DNA of 30,312 bases from a virus (IMGVR_UViG_3300033067_000779:1-30312); one strand, 5' to 3'. Counted from the stretch's first letter, positions 7,799 through 15,955 are shown. Numbers and translations are program-made. The notes: a model not told the origin generated them from the sequence alone.

Positions 7799-10191
7799 TC
7801 AGCGCCGACGATCTGCTGCTCGTGCGGGAGCATCGTCGGCGAAAGGCGCTGCCACCCCATCCCGCCTTCCGCGCCGCCGCAGACGAGGCGCAGCGCATCA
7901 CCGATCGCGCGTGGCTGTTGGCGGGCCCTGCCGAGTGCGTCGCCGGCGAGACGTGTATCTACGACCCGACAACGGGCAAGAGCACGCCGATTCGTGACCT
8001 TGCCGAGCGGGGCGATCCGATCGCCGTACTGACTGTCTACGGCCCACAAACAGTAGCGGCGCCGTTCCACAAAGGGCGGGCGCCGCTGTATCGGGTGACA
8101 ATGGCGAGCGGGCGATCATTTGTGGCGACAGATCGCCATGTCATGCTTACGTCTGAGGGGTGGTGTTATCTGCGCGACTTGCGCGTCGGCGCCGTGGTGC
8201 CCTCATCCGCTCCCATCCCTCTGCCGTCCACTGTGGACGCTGGCCCTTCAGCGTTTCAGCAAGGTGGTCGGCGTTCGTCCCATAGACCGCGAGATTCTCG
8301 GGGCGATTATCCTGTTTATCACCATTCTTGTGATGCACAACCTCTTGTGGTTGAAGATAGCGCCCAAGTGTTTGCTCCATCACAAGCCGGTGTTCTCGCA
8401 CATAATTATGCCGATCGCGGGCAGGATGATCGGGGCACTTTATCAACACGTAGCCGTCTTGGTCGATTACCCGCCCGCCCCTCCATCGCCCATTGCGCTC
8501 CATTACCGGCTCATATGGCGTATAGGGGACGGCATGCCGTTCAAGATACGCCTTCACATGGCGCTTGTTCGTGCCAACCTGGCGCGCTATCTCACTCAAG
8601 CTTGCGCCCTCTGCTGCAAGTCGGCGCACTGTATCAGCATTCCGAAGGATTGCATTGTCACGAAGCCGCGTGCGGGCTACGCCCTGCTTCGTCAGGTACT
8701 TGTCTACCTGATGCTGCGAGCATCCTACTAGCCGTGCTGTGGTCGGCGTGGACTGCGTCTCTTGAAATATCTCCAAGATACGCGCTTTCTGCTCATCCGT
8801 TAGGGGTGGGCGCTTCATATGCCTCTCCTGTGGCGCCGATGAATACGGTATGTGGCTATTATACGGTACAGATGGATACGGTGTCAAGCGTAGCATACGA
8901 ACAGGTGGGCGACTTCTACGATATGACGGTGCCTGGCGCGGCGCACTACTTTGCCGAGGGGTATTGGCACCATAACACGGGCAAGACCTTCGCCGGCCTC
9001 TACCGGCTCGACAGCGAGGCGCGGCGCTACCCGGATCAGTACATCCTGGCGCGCAAGGTGCGGGCGACGATGGACAGCACGGTGCTCGGCACGTGGCGGC
9101 GCATCATCGCGCTGCGCGGCGGGGTGACGGCGTTTGGCGGCGAGCACCCGCAGTTCTACGTCTACCCGAACGGCGCGCGGGTGTGGGTTGTGGGCTTCGA
9201 TAATCCCGACAAGATCCTGTCCGGCGAGTTCGGCGGCGCCTACGTCAACCAGGCCGAGGAGCTTGACGAAGCGGACTTCGAGACGCTAACCACCCGCGTG
9301 ACGGGGCGTGGCAGCCAGACCCCAACGCCGATGGTGTGGGGCGACTGCAACCCCGGCCCCGAGGACCACTGGATTATGCGCCGGGCGCAGAGCGGCGCCT
9401 TGATGCTCCTGGAGAGCCGCCACGAGGACAACCCGACGCTCCACGACGGCAGCGATTGGACCGAGCAGGGCCGCCGCACGCTCGCCACGCTTGACGCGCT
9501 CACGGGCGTGCGCTACCAGCGGCTTCGCCTCGGGCGGTGGGTCGGCGCCGAGGGGCAATACTTCGACCAGTGGGACGAGGCGCGGCACGTCATCGCGCCA
9601 CGGGCCACGACCGGGCGGCATGTGTGGGGCGCGTTTGACTACGGCTATACGCACAACACGGCCTTCCTGCTGCTGAGCAGCGGCCCGGACGGATCGATCG
9701 AGGTGATCGGCGAGCACGTGCAGCACAAGTGGCTGCCGAGTCAGCACGCGGCGGCGATGGACGCGCTTTGTGCCCGCCTTGGCGTGCGGCCCCGCTTCGT
9801 TGTCGCCGGCCTTGACGTGTTTCAGGCGAAGGGCGACAGCGACGGGCGGACGATCGCGGATCAGTACGCGGCGCTCGGCTGGCGCTTTGAGCCGGCGCAG
9901 GTAGACCGCGTGAGCGGCGCCGCCGAACTCTCGCAGCGGCTTGGCAACCCGGCCGCCGACATCGCGCCGACGCTGCGGGTGTGGCAGACGTGCCCGCGCC
10001 TGATCGCTACCATGCCGCGCATGGTCCACGACCCGCGCCGGCCTGAGGATGTGCTGAAGACCGACGCTGACGCCGAGGGGCGGGGCGGCGATGATCCGTA
10101 TGACGCGCTCCGCTACGGGGTGATGGCGACACGGCAGCCCGTCACCATTCGCCGCGCTCGCACGACTGACCGATTTGGAGACGTACGCTGA
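7795..10191 (+). CDS. terL: Terminase large subunit precursor containing an intein (mature protein ~451 aa)
   Basis: Removing 7936-8976 restores Walker A GPAE|TGKT. Walker B-like 'AYVNQAEE', coupling motif 'DCNP', nuclease motifs 'FDYGY' and 'DDPYDALRY'. Confidence 0.92.
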   Translation: MISADDLLLVREHRRRKALPPHPAFRAAADEAQRITDRAWLLAGPAECVAGETCIYDPTTGKSTPIRDLAERGDPIAVLTVYGPQTVAAPFHKGRAPLYRVTMASGRSFVATDRHVMLTSEGWCYLRDLRVGAVVPSSAPIPLPSTVDAGPSAFQQGGRRSSHRPRDSRGDYPVYHHSCDAQPLVVEDSAQVFAPSQAGVLAHNYADRGQDDRGTLSTRSRLGRLPARPSIAHCAPLPAHMAYRGRHAVQDTPSHGACSCQPGALSHSSLRPLLQVGALYQHSEGLHCHEAACGLRPASSGTCLPDAASILLAVLWSAWTASLEISPRYALSAHPLGVGASYASPVAPMNTVCGYYTVQMDTVSSVAYEQVGDFYDMTVPGAAHYFAEGYWHHNTGKTFAGLYRLDSEARRYPDQYILARKVRATMDSTVLGTWRRIIALRGGVTAFGGEHPQFYVYPNGARVWVVGFDNPDKILSGEFGGAYVNQAEELDEADFETLTTRVTGRGSQTPTPMVWGDCNPGPEDHWIMRRAQSGALMLLESRHEDNPTLHDGSDWTEQGRRTLATLDALTGVRYQRLRLGRWVGAEGQYFDQWDEARHVIAPRATTGRHVWGAFDYGYTHNTAFLLLSSGPDGSIEVIGEHVQHKWLPSQHAAAMDALCARLGVRPRFVVAGLDVFQAKGDSDGRTIADQYAALGWRFEPAQVDRVSGAAELSQRLGNPAADIAPTLRVWQTCPRLIATMPRMVHDPRRPEDVLKTDADAEGRGGDDPYDALRYGVMATRQPVTIRRARTTDRFGDVR
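8147..8818 (-). CDS. HTH-HTH-HNH homing endonuclease encoded antisense inside the intein
   Basis: 223 aa from ATG 8818 with AGGAGAGG RBS. Two HTH-like segments, then 'GYV..EHRLVMEQTLGRYL..EVVHHKNGDKQDNRPENL' (HNH_3-type). Confidence 0.9.
   Translation of the reverse strand: MKRPPLTDEQKARILEIFQETQSTPTTARLVGCSQHQVDKYLTKQGVARTRLRDNAILRNADTVRRLAAEGASLSEIARQVGTNKRHVKAYLERHAVPYTPYEPVMERNGRWRGGRVIDQDGYVLIKCPDHPARDRHNYVREHRLVMEQTLGRYLQPQEVVHHKNGDKQDNRPENLAVYGTNADHLAETLKGQRPQWTAEGWERMRAPRRRRASRADNTTPQT
8858..8887 (-). promoter_or_regulatory. Consensus sigma70 promoter for the antisense HNH gene
   Basis: Minus strand reads TTGACA (8887-8882), 18 bp spacer, TATAAT (8863-8858), about 40 nt upstream of the HNH ATG. 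Confidence 0.85.
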
Positions 10192-11531
10192 TGCCACGAC
10201 CACGCGCCACGATCGGCAGCCTCGGCCTGCCGCTGTTCGCCGGGAAGATAAGCCTCGACGTGAACCCGCGCCTACGCGGCAAAGAGGCGGTGAAGGTCTA
10301 CCGCCAGATGGCCGCCGACGAGCCCGCTGCCACCGCGTTCCTCGGCGCCTGCCGCACGCTGCTGCGGACGGACCTGGCGGTGCAGCCCGGCGCCGACCCG
10401 CGCCACGCCGAGCACGTCGAGATGTGCCTGGACGAGATGCGGGACAGCGCCGCCGTCAAGCTGCGCCAACTCTACTCGATGATCGCCTACGGCTACGATA
10501 TCCACGAGATCGTGTATCGCCGCCGCTCCGACGGCACCGTCGGCTGGGCCGATTGGGCGCTGCGGCGGCAGGAGTCGTTCGAGCGGTGGGAGGTGGACAA
10601 GCGGGGCGCGATCGTGGCGTGGACGCAGCGCCCGGCGCCCGACTACGTGCTACGGACGATCCCGCTCGCCAAGGCGCTCCACGTCGTCGCCAATGACGAC
10701 GACGGCACGCCCGAGGGGGTGAGCGCGCTGCGCGGGATGTACCGGCTGTGGCGGTTCGTGTCGAACTTCGAGTGGCTGCTCGGCGTCGGCCTGGAGCGCG
10801 GCACGGGGTTTCCGGTGTTTCAGCGGACGGACGCGGGGGTGACGATAGCACCCGAGCAGCTTGACGAGTTGGAGGACCAGGCGAAGGCGATCCGGCAGAA
10901 CGAAGAGGCGTATGTCATCCTCCCGCCGGGGATCGGCTTCTCGTTCGCTGAGATGCCCGGCCTGACCGCCGAGTCGTACCTGGAGGCCATCCAGCGCTTC
11001 CGGGTGTGGATGCTGGCCACGGTGCTGAGTGACTTCATCGCCTTGGGCACGCAGGGCGGCAGCTACGCGCTCGGCAAGGATAAGACGGAACTGTTCCTGA
11101 TGGCCCTCAATGGCTACCAGGACCGCGTGTGCGAGGCCATCAACAAGGCCATCGTGCGGCTGCTGCGTGCGAACGGTTGGCCGACGGAGGAGCCGCCCAC
11201 CGTGACGCTGCCGGCCGTCCGCAAGTACGACCTCGGCGCCGTCAGCTCGTTCGCTAAGGCGCTCAGCGACATCGGCGCGTTCCACGTCACACCAGGCGAT
11301 GAGGCGATGTTCCGGCGCATGGCCGACTTTATCGACGTGCCGCAGGAGGAGCTTGACGATCTCTTTGAGACGGACGCGCCGCAGCCGGGCCGCACGCCCG
11401 CCGACACACCGGAGATGGAGGAGGAGGATGCTGATCCACCTGGACCCGCTGTTGAAGGAGATGAAGGCGATGACGGCGCTGCTTCGCCGCGTCGTGGAAC
11501 TGCTGGAAGACGAAGCGCGCCGGCCCGCTGA
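10191..11531 (+). CDS. Portal protein (DUF935/Mu gp29-like)
   Basis: Follows terL. 'YGYDIHEIVY', 'PEGVSALRGMYRLW', 'GLER..GFPV', 'GGSYALG' are typical of this portal family. Confidence 0.85.
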   Translation: MPRPRATIGSLGLPLFAGKISLDVNPRLRGKEAVKVYRQMAADEPAATAFLGACRTLLRTDLAVQPGADPRHAEHVEMCLDEMRDSAAVKLRQLYSMIAYGYDIHEIVYRRRSDGTVGWADWALRRQESFERWEVDKRGAIVAWTQRPAPDYVLRTIPLAKALHVVANDDDGTPEGVSALRGMYRLWRFVSNFEWLLGVGLERGTGFPVFQRTDAGVTIAPEQLDELEDQAKAIRQNEEAYVILPPGIGFSFAEMPGLTAESYLEAIQRFRVWMLATVLSDFIALGTQGGSYALGKDKTELFLMALNGYQDRVCEAINKAIVRLLRANGWPTEEPPTVTLPAVRKYDLGAVSSFAKALSDIGAFHVTPGDEAMFRRMADFIDVPQEELDDLFETDAPQPGRTPADTPEMEEEDADPPGPAVEGDEGDDGAASPRRGTAGRRSAPAR

Positions 11532-11550
11532 CGAGCGGGGGAAGAAGTAG
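11428..11550 (+). CDS. Small ORF overlapping the portal 3' end in another frame
   Basis: ATG preceded by GGAGGAGGAGG; 40-aa amphipathic helix MLIHLDPLLKEMKAMTALLRRVVELLEDEARR. Confidence 0.4.
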   Translation: MLIHLDPLLKEMKAMTALLRRVVELLEDEARRPADERGKK

Positions 11551-11569
11551 CACAGAGGAGGGCCGATCT

Positions 11570-11812
11570 GTGAAGGGGCGATTTCTGCGGCGCGGCGTGC
11601 CGGGGGCACCGCGCTACCCAACCTCGACGTACATGCCTGATCCGTATGCGGTACGAAGCGGCGACTTTCTGCTGCTTCACCACGGCTATGAGCATGTGAC
11701 GCACGTTCACGAGTTCGGGGATGGTGTGCGGTTCGCGCAGACAACGAACATGCTTGCGGTCCCCGGCGGCGCGGTGGTTCACGACCTCCGCGATGGGGAG
11801 CCGGCCTCATGA
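11570..11812 (+). CDS. Hypothetical protein
   Basis: GAGGAGG RBS before GTG 11570; its stop overlaps the next ATG. Confidence 0.5.
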   Translation: MKGRFLRRGVPGAPRYPTSTYMPDPYAVRSGDFLLLHHGYEHVTHVHEFGDGVRFAQTTNMLAVPGGAVVHDLRDGEPAS

Positions 11813-12573
11813 TCCTCGTCGCCACACCGCAGCGCCCGGTCTACCCGGATGCGCTCGTCGCCCGCAACACGGCGCAGATCGCGGCACTGGAGGGCAACCT
11901 GGACATCGTGCGCGACACCACGCCGGTGCTGGTGCCCGACGACGCGCCGATCTACACGCGGCACGCCGTCGCCCGCAACGCGCTCATCGACCGCCATCTG
12001 CGCGACTGGCATACGCATGTGCTGTGGGTTGACGCCGACCTGATCGACGTGCCGCCCGATCTGCCGCGCATCCTGCTGGAGACGGCACGGCGGGGGCCGA
12101 CGGAGACGGCGTGCCCGTTCTGCCGCTCGGATCTCGTGGTAGACCACGGCGACGGGACGTGCGACTGCGGCGATTGCGGCAGCGGGTGGCTGCGCGGGGA
12201 GTTTGCGTCCATCGTCGCGCCGATGGCCGTGCTGGACCCATCGCCCGCGCGGCTGGCCGCCTACCCGGTTGCCGAGCAGTTCTACGACATCGGGGGGTTT
12301 CTGGAGCCGAGGGGCGGGATGCTGCACCGGGCGCGGATGTTCCCGCCGTGGTTCGATCAGACGGGGCCGGTGATCGAGCTTGCCTCGGTCGGCTGCTGCT
12401 ACCTCATCCCGGCGCACGTCTACCGGCGCGGCGTGCGCTACGCCCCGCCCGGCATACCGGGCCCGGTGGAGCACTGGAGCGTGATGCGGCAGGCGGGACT
12501 ACGGGTGTGCGCCCGCACCGACGTGCGCGTCATCCACGCCTGGCTGCCAGACTATGGGCTAGAGCCGAACTAG
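11809..12573 (+). CDS. GT-A fold glycosyltransferase (Anp1/GT2-like) with an inserted zinc ribbon
   Basis: 'ARNALID', 'VLWVDADL' DxD motif, 'FYDIGGF', 'ELASVGCCYLIPAHVYR', 'VEH', 'VIH'; insert CPFC..CGDC. Confidence 0.75.
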   Translation: MILVATPQRPVYPDALVARNTAQIAALEGNLDIVRDTTPVLVPDDAPIYTRHAVARNALIDRHLRDWHTHVLWVDADLIDVPPDLPRILLETARRGPTETACPFCRSDLVVDHGDGTCDCGDCGSGWLRGEFASIVAPMAVLDPSPARLAAYPVAEQFYDIGGFLEPRGGMLHRARMFPPWFDQTGPVIELASVGCCYLIPAHVYRRGVRYAPPGIPGPVEHWSVMRQAGLRVCARTDVRVIHAWLPDYGLEPN

Positions 12574-12583
12574 GAGGGGCAAG

Positions 12584-12814
12584 ATGGAACCCGCGCGTAT
12601 TATCGAGGTGGTAGCGCAGCGCGATGGACTGACCCCCGGCGCGGCACGGGTGCTTATCGAGCGGTGGGCGTGGCCGCTTGGATTGGCGCTCGGTCCGGCC
12701 TATACGAAGGCGCATGACAATCATCCTGATTGGCAGTTGTGGCTTCTTGCCGAGCGCGACACGAGCCCATCATTGGAAACGTGGCTGCTGTTTACAGAGA
12801 AGGCAGGGCGCTAG
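12584..12814 (+). CDS. Hypothetical protein
   Basis: AGGAGG RBS; fills the gap between two genes exactly; lower GC than its neighbours. Confidence 0.55.
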   Translation: MEPARIIEVVAQRDGLTPGAARVLIERWAWPLGLALGPAYTKAHDNHPDWQLWLLAERDTSPSLETWLLFTEKAGR

Positions 12815-13423
12815 ATGCTCGCAATCATCCCCGCCGGGGGCAAGGCCGAGCGGTTCCACGGCATCTACAAGGATCTCTTGCCGCTCGGCGACGGGCGCAC
12901 GCTGCTCGGCGAGACGCTGAGCCGGGCGCGGGCGATGGGCTGCACGCGGGCCGTCGTCGTCACGTCGGCGGAGAAGGCCGCCGCCCACGAGCGGGCGCTG
13001 GCCGGCACGGATACCACCTTGCTCGTCTCGACGGGGCGCGGGCTGTGGGCGGCGATTGCGGCGGCGCTCGTCATTCCGTCTGACGCGCTGCTGCTGCTGC
13101 CGGACACGGTGTTCACGCCCGTCGAGCCGGTGCCGCCGTTCCCGCTCTCGTTCGGCGTGTTCCCGACGAACGAGCCGGAGCGCTTCAGCGTCATCCGGGG
13201 CGACACGATCGTCACGAAAGAGCCAGGGCCGCCGTCGCTCGCCTGGGGCTGCGTGGCGTGGTCGGTGGCGGTCGCGGACTGGTGGCAGGGGCAGGCGTTC
13301 AGCCACTACGATGATGCCTTCCGGGGCGCCATGCGGCGGTTCGGCCATCGCACGTTTTCGATCGCGGGCTATGAGGACTTCGGCGCATGGCCGGCGTATC
13401 GGCGCTATGTGGAGGCGTTATGA
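12815..13423 (+). CDS. Sugar-phosphate nucleotidyltransferase-like protein
   Basis: N-terminal 'AIIPAGGKAERF..KDLLPL', 'LLLPDT', 'PERFSV', 'TKEP' and 'YEDFG' match the NTP_transferase (RmlA/GalU-like) layout. Confidence 0.8.
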   Translation: MLAIIPAGGKAERFHGIYKDLLPLGDGRTLLGETLSRARAMGCTRAVVVTSAEKAAAHERALAGTDTTLLVSTGRGLWAAIAAALVIPSDALLLLPDTVFTPVEPVPPFPLSFGVFPTNEPERFSVIRGDTIVTKEPGPPSLAWGCVAWSVAVADWWQGQAFSHYDDAFRGAMRRFGHRTFSIAGYEDFGAWPAYRRYVEAL

Positions 13424-14121
13424 ACATCACCATCGCCTCGGCGTTCCGCAACGCCTCCCGCTACATTCCGACCTACGCCGGGCAGATGCGCGGCCTCGTG
13501 GGCGCCCTCCACGCACGCGGCGATACGCCGCGCCTGCTGCTGGTGCACGGGGACTCGACGGACAACACCGCCGAGTTGCTCGAAGCGCTGCCGGGCGCCG
13601 TGCCGTGTCCGATGCATCTCTTCGAGTGCTCCCACGGCGGGCGCAACCTCGGCAGCGTGGACACGGTGGAGCGCTGGACGCAGATCGCCACGATCTGGAA
13701 TGCGCTGCTGGCGCGGCTGGACCCGGCCGCCGATGTGTTCCTGCTGATCGAGTCGGATCTGGTGTGGCAGCCTGCGGCGCTGGTGCGGGCCGTGGACCAG
13801 CTCGGGCCGGACGTGGACGGCGTGGCGGGCATGACGTGGTTCCAGGGCCGCTTTTATGAGATCTGGGGTACGAAAAGTGATGGGATCAATTTCACGACGC
13901 ATCCGCCGTACCATCCGCGCTGGACAGGGCATCTCATGCGCATAGACAGCGCGGGGAGTTTGATGTGTGCAAAAGCAGAGTATGCCCGTAATGCGCGGTT
14001 CACGAATACCGACGGCATCATTGGATGGTGCAACGGCATGCGCGAAGCCGGAGCCAATCTTTGGCTTGACCCGGCCATCGATCTCTACCACCCGCCCTAT
14101 GAGGAGCTACGGCCGCTATGA
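13420..14121 (+). CDS. GT-A fold glycosyltransferase (GT2-like)
   Basis: 'ITIASAFRNASRYI', 'GDSTDNT', 'FLLIESDL', 'IDSAGS', 'LYHP'; ATG 13420 overlaps the upstream TGA. Confidence 0.75.
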   Translation: MNITIASAFRNASRYIPTYAGQMRGLVGALHARGDTPRLLLVHGDSTDNTAELLEALPGAVPCPMHLFECSHGGRNLGSVDTVERWTQIATIWNALLARLDPAADVFLLIESDLVWQPAALVRAVDQLGPDVDGVAGMTWFQGRFYEIWGTKSDGINFTTHPPYHPRWTGHLMRIDSAGSLMCAKAEYARNARFTNTDGIIGWCNGMREAGANLWLDPAIDLYHPPYEELRPL

Positions 14122-14294
14122 CGATCATCTCCGACCCGGCACAGCGTCGCAACCTGGAGTATGAGCGGGAGCAACTGATCGCCCGGCTGCGGGAGGTGGA
14201 GCGCGCGCTTGGACGGGCGCCGACGGTGCCGACCCGCAACGAGCGGCGGCTGATGGAGTTCGAGCGCCGCCGGGGCGGTGAAGGGGAGGGGTAG
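14118..14294 (+). CDS. Small hypothetical protein (58 aa, absent from the ORF track)
   Basis: ATGA overlap and GAGGAG RBS; MTIISDPAQRRNLEYEREQLIARLREVERALGRAPTVPTRNERR.., TAG at 14292-14294. Confidence 0.6.
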   Translation: MTIISDPAQRRNLEYEREQLIARLREVERALGRAPTVPTRNERRLMEFERRRGGEGEG

Positions 14295-14314
14295 AGTACG
14301 AGCCGCCGTCGTGC

Positions 14315-14343
14315 TTGACACGGTAGAGTAAAGGCTCTATACT
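14315..14343 (+). promoter_or_regulatory. Sigma70-type promoter upstream of the head genes
   Basis: TTGACA (14315-14320), 17 bp spacer, TATACT (14338-14343). Confidence 0.85.
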
Positions 14344-14386
14344 GTGAGCGGGCGATCTGTCGCCCAACAACCAACCTGCCTTACGG

Positions 14387-14418
14387 GGCCGGATCTCATC
14401 ACGAGGTCCGGCCTTTTT
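14387..14418 (+). terminator. Intrinsic terminator-like hairpin in the head-operon leader
   Basis: GGCCGGATCTC-atcac-GAGGTCCGGCC (11-bp stem, one G-U pair) followed by TTTTT. Confidence 0.7.
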
Positions 14419-14437
14419 GATTCTCGCGGGTGCCACG

Positions 14438-15571
14438 ATGACCGACCCAACTCCCGATCGCGTGCAGTTGAACCTCGTCTCTGAGGTGGCCTTTGCCGAG
14501 GGCGCCCCGCCGCGCCCGATCCACATGCTGCGCGTCGGCACGTTCACCGCGAACAGCGGCCGGCAGGTGACGTTCAGCACGGATGATCTGCGCGCCATCG
14601 CCGCCAACTTCACCGCCGGGGGGCGCAAGCGCCCGCCGATCACCGAGCGCCACGACTACGGCCGCGCCGTCGGGCGGATCACCAAGGTGTGGACGGACGG
14701 CGAAAACCTGTACGGCCAGCCGACGTGGAACAAGGTGGGGCGCGAGCTGCTTGCCGATGAGGTCTACGACGGCTTCAGCGCCGAGATCGACATGGCCGGC
14801 ATGGTCCTGTTCGGCGGCACCCTGACGAACTACCCGGCGGTGAGCGAGCTTGCCGCTGTCACGCTTGAGGCGCCGCCGGCTGATGACGGCGGGCCGTGGA
14901 CCACGATTGAGGTCATCCCGTGGGATGACATGCCCGAACACCTCGGGGCTACTCGTGCGCCGTCGCCGGGCGCGCGTGTCGATACCAGCAACACAACGGA
15001 GGATGACGACATGGCAGAGGAAGTCACCACTTCCCAGCCGCCGGTTGACACGCAGCAGGCGGCGCCGCCGCTCCCGCCCGTCAACGACGCGGCGATGAGC
15101 GCGCAGATCAGCGCGTATGTCCAGCAGATGGAGGCGCGCTACCAGGCACAGCAGGAGGCGGCGTTCACCCGCGCGCAGCAGGAGTTCGAGCGCCGGATCG
15201 CCGACATGGAGGCCCGCCGGCAGGTGGAGGCGTACGCGCAGAACCTGACCACGGCCACGCTCACGCGGCCCTACGCCCTGCCGGGGCAGGCCGACGACTA
15301 CAGCGCGGTGCTGCTGAGCCTCAGCGCCCCGCAGCGCGCCTCGGTGCAGGCGCTGTTCGACAAGATCCTGGCCGGCGGCCTCGTAAACTTCGAGGAGATC
15401 GGCACGGGCGGCGAGGGCGAGGAGGCGCAGGACGCACGCGCGCAGTACGAGGCGGCCGTAGCGGCGGAGATGGCGAAGAACGGCGGGAGCAAAACCCAGG
15501 CGCTGCTCGCCGTCAACCGCGCGCACCCCGAGCTGTACGCCGCGCAGGCGACGAAGAAGGGAGGCCGCTAA
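14438..15571 (+). CDS. Mu-like prohead protease / scaffold protein
   Basis: 'PITERHD..AVGRI..LYGQPTWN..GRELL..YDGFSAEI..GGTLTNYPA' match Mu gpI-like proteases; coiled-coil C-terminal half. Confidence 0.85.
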   Translation: MTDPTPDRVQLNLVSEVAFAEGAPPRPIHMLRVGTFTANSGRQVTFSTDDLRAIAANFTAGGRKRPPITERHDYGRAVGRITKVWTDGENLYGQPTWNKVGRELLADEVYDGFSAEIDMAGMVLFGGTLTNYPAVSELAAVTLEAPPADDGGPWTTIEVIPWDDMPEHLGATRAPSPGARVDTSNTTEDDDMAEEVTTSQPPVDTQQAAPPLPPVNDAAMSAQISAYVQQMEARYQAQQEAAFTRAQQEFERRIADMEARRQVEAYAQNLTTATLTRPYALPGQADDYSAVLLSLSAPQRASVQALFDKILAGGLVNFEEIGTGGEGEEAQDARAQYEAAVAAEMAKNGGSKTQALLAVNRAHPELYAAQATKKGGR

Positions 15572-15952
15572 ATGGCTTACGAGAATCCCACCAAGGTGCT
15601 GAGCTTCCCGGCCAACGGCGACCTCAGCGGCTTTCAGTTCTACCCCGTGACCATCCTGACCACGGGCCGGATCACCACGACCGCCACGACCACCGACGTG
15701 CTGCTGGGCGTCCTTCAGGATACCCCGAGCGCGCAGGATGAGATGGCCGCCGTCGCCATCGAGGGTGTCACCAAGATCGTCGCCTACGGCGGCGCCATCA
15801 CCGCGTTCTCGCCGCTCGGCGTGACCACGGGCGGCGTTGCTGCGGCAACCACGACCGACAACCAGCAGATCGTCGCGCGCAGCCTGGAGCAGGTGGCGGA
15901 CGCGGGCACCAACCTCGTCATCTCGGCGCTGCTGACGCAGGGGAGGTACTAA
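15572..15952 (+). CDS. Capsid decoration/cement protein (DUF2190-like)
   Basis: 126 aa lying between scaffold and capsid; 'LGVLQD.P...EMAAVAIEGVTKIVA.GAIT'. Confidence 0.75.
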   Translation: MAYENPTKVLSFPANGDLSGFQFYPVTILTTGRITTTATTTDVLLGVLQDTPSAQDEMAAVAIEGVTKIVAYGGAITAFSPLGVTTGGVAAATTTDNQQIVARSLEQVADAGTNLVISALLTQGRY

Positions 15953-15955
15953 GCT

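Larger units (their letters stand above)
7936..8976 (+). mobile_element. Class 1 intein (347 aa) in the TerL Walker A motif
   Basis: Block A 'CVAGET', block B 'ATDRHVML', block F 'FYDMTVPGAAHYFAEG', C-terminal His-Asn followed by Thr+1. Confidence 0.93.

Noticed and set aside
8120-8731. 203-aa + strand ORF inside the intein (a third reading frame)
   Set aside because: It is the codon-aligned antisense shadow of the HNH gene, has no RBS and shows no recognisable motifs.
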